Of a stretch of DNA of 64,000 bases, positions 1 to 8,972 are shown in pieces (within the stretch, counting starts at the first letter, position 1; each line of letters begins with the position of its first letter). Position numbers and translations under genes: made by a program. The notes under the pieces are model-generated. The model saw only the letters and a list, made by a program, of their open reading frames with translations. It was not told where the DNA came from and did no database searches. Source of the DNA: Candidatus Eiseniibacteriota bacterium (GTDB taxonomy: Bacteria; Eisenbacteria; RBG-16-71-46; CAZAMP01); contig OZ245046.1 of NCBI GenBank assembly GCA_965224245.1, positions 1,792,001-1,856,000 on the forward strand, written 5' to 3'.

Positions 1-205
1 CCTGGTTACCGACGAGCCGCAGGTAGGCCTCGTGGACGAGCGCGGTCGGCTGGAGGGTGTGATCGGGTCGCTCGGCCGCCATCTCCTTCTGCGCCCGGGC
101 CCTCAGCTGGTCGTAGACGAGGGGCAGGAGCTCCTCGACGGCCGCGCCGTCTCCTCGGCTCGCCCGGCCGAGCAGGTGCGTGACCTGGCTGGCGGAATCC
201 GTCAT
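1..205 (-). CDS. ECF sigma factor, TIGR02999-like (N-terminal part; runs off window edge)
   Basis: Not in ORF track. Hand translation from ATG 205: MTDSASQVTHLLGRASRGDGAAVEELLPLVYDQLRARAQKEMAAERPDHTLQPTALVHEAYLRL; LLPLVY and HTLQPTALVHEAYLRL are family signatures. Confidence 0.9.
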   Translation of the reverse strand, partial: MTDSASQVTHLLGRASRGDGAAVEELLPLVYDQLRARAQKEMAAERPDHTLQPTALVHEAYLRLVGNQ

Positions 206-313
206 CTTGCCCCTCGGGAGTGGACCCGACGCTCGAACGACATTTGAGAGATGAGGGGTAATCTACCATCGGTCAAGGGTTTCCACCACCGGTCTCCGCT
301 CCGGGTCGGGCGA

Positions 314-739
314 CTACTCGGCGGGAGCGTCGTCCGAGACCCTCTCCTGCCGTCCCGGGTGCGCGTAGAGCAGCGCACGGACGATGTCGCGGTGCGCCAC
401 GATTCCGACGATCTTCTCGCCGTCGAAGATCGGCAGGCGTCGCACGCGGGTGCGCTCCATGAGCTGCGCGCAGTGCTCGACCCGGAAGTCGGGACCGGCG
501 AGCACGAGCGGCTTCGTGGTGATCTCGGCCACGCGGACCTTCCGGGGATCGCGGCCGGTCTCCACCACCTTGTTCACGATGTCGCTGAGGGTCACGATGC
601 CCCACGTGTCGCTCGCGTCCCGCCGCTCCACCAGCACGCTCGACATCTCGTGCGTCCGCATGAGCTCGGTCGCCTCGAGCACCGTGAGATCGCCCCGCAC
701 CCACACGAGCTCGCGGGTCATGATGTCCTGCGCCGTCAT
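314..739 (-). CDS. CBS-pair protein
   Basis: C-terminal 141 aa of ORF 314..1951 (MTAQDIMTRELV...WGIVTLSDIV...VRRLPIFDGEKIVGIV); ATG overlaps the upstream stop (ATGA 736-739). Confidence 0.9.
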   Translation of the reverse strand: MTAQDIMTRELVWVRGDLTVLEATELMRTHEMSSVLVERRDASDTWGIVTLSDIVNKVVETGRDPRKVRVAEITTKPLVLAGPDFRVEHCAQLMERTRVRRLPIFDGEKIVGIVAHRDIVRALLYAHPGRQERVSDDAPAE

Positions 740-2850
740 CGCACGTCTCGCTTTCTCGCCTCGAGGATCTCGAGAGCACGTCTCGAGCTCTCCTCCGCGG
801 CGCGCAAGAGATCCTGGGCGTATCGGAAGTTGTGAATGGCCGCGGACGCGTCCGCGGTCACGAACGAGTAGTTCGACAGGGCCTCCTCGTACAGTCGCTC
901 GGCCGTGGTGTCGGCGGCGGCGCCCCCGCTCCGGAGACGCGCCTCGACGCGATCGATCTGAGTCCGGACGCGGCGGTCGAGCTCCTCGATCGCCGACACG
1001 AAGGCGCGCGTCTCCTCGTCCATGTCGGTCTCGTGGCACCTGATGCACGAGCGCTCGGCGGACGGCCCGGGGGTCGGGGGTGCGTCGTCGGGCTTCCGGC
1101 CGGCGACGTCGACCCCGTGACACGCCGTGCACTTCACCTGGAAGTACTGCATGAGCGCCGGGCGTCCCCGCACACCCGCACCGGCCTCGCCTGCATAGAG
1201 CCGCTTCTGCGGCTCGTGACTGTCCACGTGGCACGCCTCGCAGTCCGTGACCGGATCCTCCTCGCGGGAGCCCGGATGCTCGATCTCGGAGTGACAGTCG
1301 AAGCAGTCGACGAGCTCCTCCCGGACGTGCACGTGATGCATCTCGGGCGTCGCGAGCCACTCGACGTCGAGGTGGCACGCGTTGCAGCGCGACGGCTCGA
1401 CCTCGATGCGTCCCCGCGAGGCGTCGCCGTGGCACGAGTGGCACTCCGCGTCCGTGCGATACGGCGTGTGATCCAGGCGAACCACGGCCGCGCCGGCTCG
1501 TGCGTCGAAGTCGTGGCATCCGCGGCACGGCGTCACCCGCTCGCTCACCGACGCGAAGTGGCAGAGGTTGCACGTGGCGGCCTCGACGGAGAAGTGGACC
1601 TTCTGGCCCCGGTGATTGTGACAGCTCGTGCACGTGGGCATGCCGATCGGCGCGAGCTCGGCGAGATGCGCCGCGTGCGAGAACGCCACGTCCGGGGCCC
1701 CGTCGACCTCGAAGCGCGGCGCGCGCGCCTGGGAGGTGTGACATCCCGATCGGAGGCACGAGGAATCGGGCACCTTGGCCACCGGCTTCGGATCGTAGGT
1801 CTTCGTGGCGTACCGGACGACCATCGCGACGCCCGTGATCTTTCCCCTCACCGCCCCCCGCAGCCCGTAGCTCCAGTGACAGGTCGTACACCGGATTTCC
1901 CGGTGCGCCGAGGTCGTCCAGGTGGCGTGATAGGGCTGCATGTTGTGGCACGACGGGCAGAGGGACGGCGTCTCGGACACCGTGGCGGTGCCCAGCACGA
2001 GCGCCACGAAGACCCCCGCGGACACGAGCGCGGCGCGCAGCACGTACGCGCGGTGAGACCAGATGCCGCGCAGAAAGAGCGATCGATTCGCCCGGCGCAG
2101 GCGCCGGCTGAGGAGTCGGGACATGCTCTCGAACACGACCGCTCCCAGGTGCTCGCGCCGGAGGGCCAGCTGGGTGAAGCGCTCACCGTCGATGACGATC
2201 ACCGTCGACGGCCGCGCGGTGCGGACGGTCGCCGAGCGCGTTCCCCCGAAGAGCTCGACCTCACCGACGATCTCACCCTCGCGGATGCGCGCGATCCGGC
2301 CGGCGCGCTTGGTGGAGACGACGAGCTCACCGGATTCGAGGAGGAACAGGCTGCGGTCCTCCTCGCCTTCCCGGATCAAAACCGTGTCCTTCGGGCAGCG
2401 CCGGAGTGACGCCAGGTTCAGGAGCGCGGCGAGGTCGTCGGCGGCGAGCCGGGAGAAGAACGGCACCCGCCTGAGAAGCGTGAAGAGCGAGAGAACGTCG
2501 TGGTAGCTGAGGATGCCCGCGGGGCGGGAGCCTTCCAGAACGAGGAGATGACGGACCCCGAAGCGCCGCATCAGCCGGCTGGCGTGACCGACGTTCAGCG
2601 AGGGGTCCACGAGGAGAAAGGCGGGTCGCATGACCGAGTCGATGCGAACCTCCGACGGGTCCAGCCCGCGCGCGGCCACCTTGGACACGATGTCGCGGTG
2701 GGTGACGATGCCCCAGGGCACGTCCTCGCGGGACGGTCGGACGATGACGCTCGAGATCCTCCGCTCGGCGAGGAGCCGGACCGCCTCGAAGAGACGCGCG
2801 TCGCCCGGCAGCACCGCCACGTCCCGGGTCATGAGGTCCAGGACCCTCAT
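736..2850 (-). CDS. Fusion of CBS pair, cNMP-binding domain, TM helix and NapC/NirT-like multiheme cytochrome c (11 CxxCH plus one CX4CH)
   Basis: CBS motifs at N-terminus; cNMP cassette GEIVGEVELFGGTRSATVRT; hydrophobic helix AALVSAGVFVALVLG; CPSCH, CTTCH, CLRSGCH, CTSCH, CNLCH, CRGCH, CHSCH, CNACH, CFDCH, CEACH, CTACH, CIRCH. Confidence 0.88.
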   Translation of the reverse strand: MRVLDLMTRDVAVLPGDARLFEAVRLLAERRISSVIVRPSREDVPWGIVTHRDIVSKVAARGLDPSEVRIDSVMRPAFLLVDPSLNVGHASRLMRRFGVRHLLVLEGSRPAGILSYHDVLSLFTLLRRVPFFSRLAADDLAALLNLASLRRCPKDTVLIREGEEDRSLFLLESGELVVSTKRAGRIARIREGEIVGEVELFGGTRSATVRTARPSTVIVIDGERFTQLALRREHLGAVVFESMSRLLSRRLRRANRSLFLRGIWSHRAYVLRAALVSAGVFVALVLGTATVSETPSLCPSCHNMQPYHATWTTSAHREIRCTTCHWSYGLRGAVRGKITGVAMVVRYATKTYDPKPVAKVPDSSCLRSGCHTSQARAPRFEVDGAPDVAFSHAAHLAELAPIGMPTCTSCHNHRGQKVHFSVEAATCNLCHFASVSERVTPCRGCHDFDARAGAAVVRLDHTPYRTDAECHSCHGDASRGRIEVEPSRCNACHLDVEWLATPEMHHVHVREELVDCFDCHSEIEHPGSREEDPVTDCEACHVDSHEPQKRLYAGEAGAGVRGRPALMQYFQVKCTACHGVDVAGRKPDDAPPTPGPSAERSCIRCHETDMDEETRAFVSAIEELDRRVRTQIDRVEARLRSGGAAADTTAERLYEEALSNYSFVTADASAAIHNFRYAQDLLRAAEESSRRALEILEARKRDVR

Positions 2851-2869
2851 GACGTCGTGCCGGAGGACC

Positions 2870-4117
2870 TCATGGCGACTCGCCCGGATGCTGGAGGTGC
2901 GCGAGGAGGTCCCGCAGATCGTCGCCCGTCAGCTCCGGCCAGGGATGGCCCTCGCTGAGGACGGCCTCCTTCATCACCGGCGCGTGGTTCCACATGGCCG
3001 AGACGAGGGCCGCCGGCGAGCCGATCACCTCGGCGGCGGTCAGCTCCGGTCCGGGATGCGGAACCTCTCCACCGCCGGAGTGACACTCCGCGCACGAGCG
3101 CTCGGAGAACGTCTCCGCGCCTCGACCGGCGTTTCCGGGGGCGTCGGTGAAGGGGCCGAAGTAGAGGTACGAGATGAGATCGGCCAGCTCCTGGGTCGTG
3201 AAGTGCGGCCAGGGGATGTTGCGCTCCGCGAACGCATCACGCATGACCTCGGCATGGTTCCACATCGTCCCGGCGATCGCCTCCGCCGAGCGGGGCAGCT
3301 CCCGGTCCAGGAGGTCCGGACCGAGCCCCGCATCGCCGGAGTCGGTGCGATGGCAGGTCGCGCATCCCTTCTCCTCGAACCGCCGGCGGCCGAGCTCCGG
3401 GTTTCCGGGGGCCAGGAGCGGGGTCCCGCCCGGGACCGCGGTGCCGATTCCCCGGATGTAGGCGCTGAGGTTCGCGAGGTCACCCGGCTCGAACGTGGGC
3501 GGGCGAACGCCGTGCTCGCGCATGGACTCGAACATCGCGGGGCCGTGGTTCCAGATCGCACGTGCGACGTGGAGGGGCGAGGCGAATCCGGTCAGCGCGC
3601 CGAGATCGGGTCCGATCGCGTCCCCTCGGTCCCCCACGCGGTGGCAACTCACGCATCCCCGCGCGCGAAAGACCTCACGACCGGCGTCCGTGGTGCCCGG
3701 GTCTCCGAGGTAGTCGATGTAGAAGAGAAACGCGACGAGGCGCAGCGTCTCGTCGGGAGTCAGCGTGGGCCACGCGAGCTCCATCTCCTCGAACGCGACG
3801 CTCATGCCGGGAACGTGGTTCCAGAGCGCGGCGCCGAGGTCCAGGAAGCTCCCGGAGAAGTGACCCCCGCCCAGCGCGGGCCCGATGTCGGGACCGCTTC
3901 CCGCGATCCCGTGACACCGGTTGCACCCCTTCTCCTCGAAGAGGAATCGCCCATCGATGGGGTTCTCGGGAAGGGACATCGTGTCGCTCGCGATCGCCGG
4001 GGTCACGAGGACGAGCGCGAGGACCGGGACGAGCAGCGTGCGCGCCTTCGGGAGGATCGCGCCGGCTGCTCCCGGCGTCGGGCGCCCCGTGTCGGGCGCG
4101 TTCCACGCGATGCTCAC
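2870..4117 (-). CDS. Exported tetraheme cytochrome c built from four tandem monoheme repeats
   Basis: Signal peptide LLVPVLALVLVTPAIA; CNRCH, CVSCH, CATCH, CAECH, each followed by a WNH...M segment. GTG start at 4117 overlaps the upstream stop (start inferred). Confidence 0.85.
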   Translation of the reverse strand: MSIAWNAPDTGRPTPGAAGAILPKARTLLVPVLALVLVTPAIASDTMSLPENPIDGRFLFEEKGCNRCHGIAGSGPDIGPALGGGHFSGSFLDLGAALWNHVPGMSVAFEEMELAWPTLTPDETLRLVAFLFYIDYLGDPGTTDAGREVFRARGCVSCHRVGDRGDAIGPDLGALTGFASPLHVARAIWNHGPAMFESMREHGVRPPTFEPGDLANLSAYIRGIGTAVPGGTPLLAPGNPELGRRRFEEKGCATCHRTDSGDAGLGPDLLDRELPRSAEAIAGTMWNHAEVMRDAFAERNIPWPHFTTQELADLISYLYFGPFTDAPGNAGRGAETFSERSCAECHSGGGEVPHPGPELTAAEVIGSPAALVSAMWNHAPVMKEAVLSEGHPWPELTGDDLRDLLAHLQHPGESP

Positions 4118-4386
4118 CGCTCCTCCTCCCGGCCGTCCTCCTCGGGCGGCCGGCGTCCCCGGCGCAGCCCCACGAACACGTACGTCAGGACGCTCGCGCC
4201 GGTCAGGTACACGGGAATCGCCACGATCGAGATGCCGATCGATGCGGACGGAACGTCGTGGAGCTGGCGCGAGAGGCGGATGAGGTGAAGGATCCAGGCG
4301 CTGATTCCGAGCACGAAGACCCAGATCATGGCCATGGAGATCACCTGCAGGACGAAGAGCGTACGCTCTTGCTTCGTGCCGCGCAT
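4114..4386 (-). CDS. Small two-TM membrane protein (probable complex subunit)
   Basis: MRGTKQERTLFVLQVISMAMIWVFVLG...; two hydrophobic segments; overlaps or abuts both neighbours (alternative GTG at 4392). Confidence 0.75.
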   Translation of the reverse strand: MRGTKQERTLFVLQVISMAMIWVFVLGISAWILHLIRLSRQLHDVPSASIGISIVAIPVYLTGASVLTYVFVGLRRGRRPPEEDGREEER

Positions 4387-4388
4387 CG

Positions 4389-5780
4389 TCACCTCCCCCC
4401 CGTCGCCGGCTCGCGTCGGCCCGTGGCATCGGCCGTCAGCTCCGGCAGGTAGCTGCGCACGCGCGCGGTCGTCTCGGCGACCGACTTCTCCCGGCCCTCC
4501 CGGCTCTCCCAGATGGAGATCAGGGGAAAGAACCGGCCGAAGACGACGAACCCGATGGCCAGCGACGCCAGCCCTCCGACGAACATCCCCCACTCGACGA
4601 GGCTGGGGACGTAGAACCCGCTGGGATACGGAAGCCTCGGGTTGGCCAGGGACGGCACCACGATGTTGAGCCGCTCGAGCCACATCCCGATCATCACCGC
4701 GATCGAGGCCACGAAGATCCCCGGGATGCGACGCGTTCGACGAAAGCTCAGGATGAGAACGGGGATGACGAAGTTGCACGCCACCATCCCCCAGAAGAAC
4801 GGCGCGTAGGTGCCCTCGAACTTGTAGAGGAAGACGCGCATCTCCGTCGGCTCGTGGCCGAAGAAGGCCGTGAGGTACTCCGAGAACGTGAAGTAGAACC
4901 AGAGCAGCGACATGATCAGCAGCAGCTTCGAGAGATGGCTGAAGTGAATGGTCTTGAGGTAGCGCTCGAGATGGAAGATGCGTCGGAGCACGATCATCAT
5001 CACCAGGAGCGCCGCGATGCCGGAGAAGATGGCCCCCACGACGAAGTACGGGCCGAAGATCGTGGAGTGCCAGCCCGGCTGCAGCGTCATCGCGAAGATG
5101 TACGAGATGACGGTGTGGACCGAGACGGCGATCGGGATCACGAGCACCATGAGGATGCTCATCGCGCGCTCCAGGACCGCTTCCTGACGCGCGGTACCCT
5201 GCCAGCCCCAGGACAGAAACGCGTAGAGCCAGCGCGGGCTGACGTTACGATCCCGGAGCAGCGCGATGTCCGGAATCATCGGGATGTACAGATACACGGT
5301 CGAGGCCATGAAGTACGCGGAGATCGAGGACACGTCCCAGAGAAGGGGTGATTGAAGCCTTCCCGCGCTGAAGATGTTGAGCATGCGATCGGGTCGGCCC
5401 AGGTCGAGCACCGGGTGGACGGCGCCGATCGCCAGCACGACGACCGTGATGACCTCCGCCATCCGCGTGATGGGCCGTCGCCACTCCGCCTGCGAGAGCC
5501 GCAGGACGGCCGAGATCAGCGTCCCGGCGTGACTGATGCCGATGAAGAACACGAAGTTGACGATGTAGAAGCCCCACCCTACCGGCTGGTTCAGCCCGGT
5601 GACCCCGAGCCCTCGGAGAATCTGCCGGCTGAACAGAACCCAGCAGCCGAGGATGAGCAGCGCGAGCAGCGTGAACGTCACGCGGAAGCGCGCGCCCGCG
5701 TGCTCGACCGAGCGCAGGAGATCCACGTCCTCGCACGCGCCCGGCTCGTCGTCCCGTCTGTCCGCGACCGCGTCCGTCAT
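4389..5780 (-). CDS. nrfD: NrfD/PsrC-family quinone-interacting membrane subunit (ActC-like)
   Basis: WGFYIVNFVFFIGISHAG, DLGRPDR, SPLLWD, WHSTIFGPYFVVGAIFSG; about 10 TM segments. ATG 5780 follows a purine-rich RBS (ORF track starts at 5804). Confidence 0.92.
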   Translation of the reverse strand: MTDAVADRRDDEPGACEDVDLLRSVEHAGARFRVTFTLLALLILGCWVLFSRQILRGLGVTGLNQPVGWGFYIVNFVFFIGISHAGTLISAVLRLSQAEWRRPITRMAEVITVVVLAIGAVHPVLDLGRPDRMLNIFSAGRLQSPLLWDVSSISAYFMASTVYLYIPMIPDIALLRDRNVSPRWLYAFLSWGWQGTARQEAVLERAMSILMVLVIPIAVSVHTVISYIFAMTLQPGWHSTIFGPYFVVGAIFSGIAALLVMMIVLRRIFHLERYLKTIHFSHLSKLLLIMSLLWFYFTFSEYLTAFFGHEPTEMRVFLYKFEGTYAPFFWGMVACNFVIPVLILSFRRTRRIPGIFVASIAVMIGMWLERLNIVVPSLANPRLPYPSGFYVPSLVEWGMFVGGLASLAIGFVVFGRFFPLISIWESREGREKSVAETTARVRSYLPELTADATGRREPATGGR

Positions 5781-5808
5781 CGTTCGCCTCTCTCCCTCGT
5801 TCACGCCG

Positions 5809-6495
5809 TCACTCGGTCTCCGAGAGATAGATCACCTTGGGCCGGGTTCCGAGGTCCGCGTGCAGGCGGAACGCCCGGGAGCTCCGGGCCAGGTCGCTCA
5901 CCCGGCTGGCCGGATCGTCGAGGTCCCCGAACTCGATCGCCCGGGCCGGGCAGCTCTCCGCACAGGCGGGGACCACGTCGCCGTCCCGTAGCTCGCGCTC
6001 CTCGACACGCGCCTGCTCCTTCGCCTGGTTGATCCGGTGGTGACAGAACGTGCACTTCTCCACGACGCCCTTGTAGCGACGCGACACGTCGGGGTTCGCC
6101 TTCCGAGCGAGATCACCGGGCCACTCGGGCTCGTACCAGTTGAAGACCTTGGCGTTGTACGGACACGCGGCCATGCAGTACCGGCAGCCGATGCACCGGG
6201 CGTAGATCTGCCCGACGATCCCCTCGTCACCGAGATACGTCGCGTGCACCGGACACACCCGCACACAGGGCGGGTCGTCGCACTGGAAGCACGGCTGCGG
6301 CATGTACGTGACCTTGGTCTCCGCATGGCTTTCCGAGACCTCGCTGATGACCCGCATCCAGTGGAAAGCACGGCTCCTCTCCACCGCCTCCTCCTTTCCG
6401 GAAGCGGCCAGGTTGTTCTCTTGATGGCAGGCGGCCATGCAGGCCCCGCATCCCGTGCAGCGGTCGAGATCGATGACCATGCCCCATCGTGCCAT
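5809..6495 (-). CDS. NrfC/QrcC-like iron-sulfur subunit
   Basis: WGMVIDLDRCTGCGACMAAC, CFQCDDPPCVRVCP, CIGCRYCMAACP, KCTFC...PACAESCP. Confidence 0.93.
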   Translation of the reverse strand: MARWGMVIDLDRCTGCGACMAACHQENNLAASGKEEAVERSRAFHWMRVISEVSESHAETKVTYMPQPCFQCDDPPCVRVCPVHATYLGDEGIVGQIYARCIGCRYCMAACPYNAKVFNWYEPEWPGDLARKANPDVSRRYKGVVEKCTFCHHRINQAKEQARVEERELRDGDVVPACAESCPARAIEFGDLDDPASRVSDLARSSRAFRLHADLGTRPKVIYLSETE

Positions 6496-8948
6496 CAGGT
6501 GTGCCCTCCCTCGTGCGGAGGCGGCCCGCCATGCCGGCGGCGCCGCGTCACGTGAAGCGTCACCGGGGTGGGGCCGGCCGCGAGCGTGCCGTCCAGCGCG
6601 TCGGGGGCCGTGGAGACGATCTCCAGCGGGTTGCTCCCCGCACCGCCCACGCGTTCGTTCAGCGTGTCATGACCCAGCCCGATCGGAACGTGGGCGACCC
6701 CGGGCATCCCACCCCGCTGCACGCGCACCTCCGCCTCGATCGTGCCCCGATCGGAGCGAATGGCCACGCGGTCGCCGTGCTCGACGCCCAGCTCGTGCGC
6801 CGTGGACGGCGCGAGCTCGACCCAGGTGGTCCAGCCCGAGAAGACGGTGTGCCCGAACATCTCGAGCAGCATCGGCGAGACGACCCCCAGATCTCCTCGC
6901 GACGTGATCGGTCGGAAGCAGACCATCGTCAGCTCCGCCGCCTCGTCCGGCTCCGTGGGCTCGTGATGGGGCAGGCAGCTCTCGTCGCTCCCGGTCTCGA
7001 CGCCGCTCGCGCGCTCGTGCTCGAGCAGACGCTGGGAGAAGAACTCGAAGCGACCGGATGCGGTGGCGAACACCCGGCTCCAGTCCGCCTCGGCCCGCAC
7101 CGGCGACCACCAGCCCGCATCGCGCACCATGTCCTCCCAGAGCTCGTCGACGCTCGTGTGGGTCATGAATCGCCACCCGCGCTCCTCCAGGAAGTGGACC
7201 CACGACTCCTCGAACGATCCGCGCGCGATCGCCCCCTGCCCCGACGTCACGAGCCCGGAGAGCCGGTGCTCCAGGTAGGTGTCGTATCGCTCCCAGGGGA
7301 GATGCGAGGCGACCGGCTCACCCAGGCGGGCCGCCAGGCTCAGCAACGTGTCGCCCGCGGTCCGGGTGTCGAACAGCGGCTCCACCACGGGATGACCGAG
7401 ACCGACGCTGTTGAACCCCACCGTCGGAGGCGTGGTGCTCTCGCGCCACGACTCCAGGAACATGGGTGTGGGCAGGATCAGCTGGGCGAGCGAGGAGGTC
7501 TCGTCCAGCACGGAGGTCATCGCGACCACCAGAGGAATCCGGCTCAGTGCCTCGCGCAGCCGATCCCCGGCCGGGCTCGAATGCACCGGGTTGGCGCCGA
7601 CGATGAGCAGAACGTCCAGCGGATGCGAGCCCGAGAGCACGCCGTCGGCCAGCGCCTCCACGGGGTCCGCTCCGAACCGGTGCGACCCGGGGCGCGGCGC
7701 GAAGAGCGACGAGGAGCGATCCAGCGATGGATCCGCGACGGGATCCAGCGGAAGGAACGGGACCCGTGCCGGCAACAGCACCCCCCCCGGTCGCTGAAAG
7801 GCCCCCATGAGCGCGTTGAGAGCGTGTACGCAGACCGCGGTCGCGGTCGCGTTGGAGCCCGCGAGCGCCTCGCCGCCGCTCAGCGCGAGCGGCGCCGATC
7901 CGCGCGCGAAGCGACGCGCGAGATGGATGATGGCGGCCGCCTCGCAGCCGCAAATCGCGGCCACGCGATCGGGGTAGTAGCGCTCCAGGAGGAGGCGACG
8001 AAACCCCATGTGGGGGCGACCCTGATCGTCCGTCCAGTCCTCGAATCCGAAGGTGTGCTCGGCGACGAAGCGGCGATCGTGCCGGCCCTCGCGGACGATC
8101 ACGTGGGCGATGCCCAGGGCCAGGGCGCCGTGCGTGCCGGGTCGGACCGGGAGGTACTGCCTCGCCTTCGCCGCCGAGGGGGAGAGTCGCGTGCCCACGT
8201 GAAGCAGCGTGCAGCGCTCTCCGGATGCCCGCGAGCCCACCAGCGCCGAGATCGCGTGCACCGGTGCCGGACCGTCCTCGTACAGGTCGAGCCCGAACGA
8301 GAGCACGACGTCCGCACGTGCCAGGTCGAAGGCCGGAATCTCGTCCAGGCCCTGCGTGAGCCGGAAGGGCAGCGCGCGATCGACCGAGGGGCGCGAGACG
8401 TTCGGCGACCCGATCGACTCGCCGAAGCGAACGGCCAGCTCGTGGAAGAGCGATCCCGTCTCGCCCGAGAGGATGGCCATGCGTGATCCGTCTCCCGCGG
8501 TCCTGAGCGCGTCCAGGCGCGAGGCGATCCGGTCCAGCGCCTCTTCCCACGTCGTGGGCCGCCGCTCGCCGCTCGCCTCGAGGACGAGCGGTCCCCGGAT
8601 GCGCTCGGGCGCGTAGAGAAGCTCCAGCGCGGAGCACCCGACCGGACACAGCCCGCCCCGGTTCAGGGGATGATCCGGACTGCCCTTGACCCCCACCGGC
8701 AGTCCGTCCACCAGACGCACTCGCAGCCCGCAGCCGCTCTCGCAGAGGCCGCAGATCGTGCTGGCGCCGCTCTCGATGCCGGGTCCGCGGAGGGCGAGCT
8801 CGACGAGATGCTCCGGCACCGACCACTCCCGATCGCAGCCGAGCAGCGTGGCGCCACTCGAGACGCCCAGGAGGCGGAGGAAGTCGCGCCGCGGCAAGCG
8901 CCTCACGTCGTTCCCCTCGATCGCGGTCCACGCTCTCTCCGTCGTCAC
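6495..8948 (-). CDS. Tat-exported molybdopterin-oxidoreductase-family subunit (QrcB/ActB1-like)
   Basis: RRDFLRLLG twin-arginine motif; CGLCESGC...GSPDHPLNRGGLC Fe-S motif; C-terminal dinucleotide-binding-type domain. Confidence 0.9.
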   Translation of the reverse strand: MTTERAWTAIEGNDVRRLPRRDFLRLLGVSSGATLLGCDREWSVPEHLVELALRGPGIESGASTICGLCESGCGLRVRLVDGLPVGVKGSPDHPLNRGGLCPVGCSALELLYAPERIRGPLVLEASGERRPTTWEEALDRIASRLDALRTAGDGSRMAILSGETGSLFHELAVRFGESIGSPNVSRPSVDRALPFRLTQGLDEIPAFDLARADVVLSFGLDLYEDGPAPVHAISALVGSRASGERCTLLHVGTRLSPSAAKARQYLPVRPGTHGALALGIAHVIVREGRHDRRFVAEHTFGFEDWTDDQGRPHMGFRRLLLERYYPDRVAAICGCEAAAIIHLARRFARGSAPLALSGGEALAGSNATATAVCVHALNALMGAFQRPGGVLLPARVPFLPLDPVADPSLDRSSSLFAPRPGSHRFGADPVEALADGVLSGSHPLDVLLIVGANPVHSSPAGDRLREALSRIPLVVAMTSVLDETSSLAQLILPTPMFLESWRESTTPPTVGFNSVGLGHPVVEPLFDTRTAGDTLLSLAARLGEPVASHLPWERYDTYLEHRLSGLVTSGQGAIARGSFEESWVHFLEERGWRFMTHTSVDELWEDMVRDAGWWSPVRAEADWSRVFATASGRFEFFSQRLLEHERASGVETGSDESCLPHHEPTEPDEAAELTMVCFRPITSRGDLGVVSPMLLEMFGHTVFSGWTTWVELAPSTAHELGVEHGDRVAIRSDRGTIEAEVRVQRGGMPGVAHVPIGLGHDTLNERVGGAGSNPLEIVSTAPDALDGTLAAGPTPVTLHVTRRRRHGGPPPHEGGHT

Positions 8949-8972
8949 CTGCCTACCTCCCGTTCGCGACGC

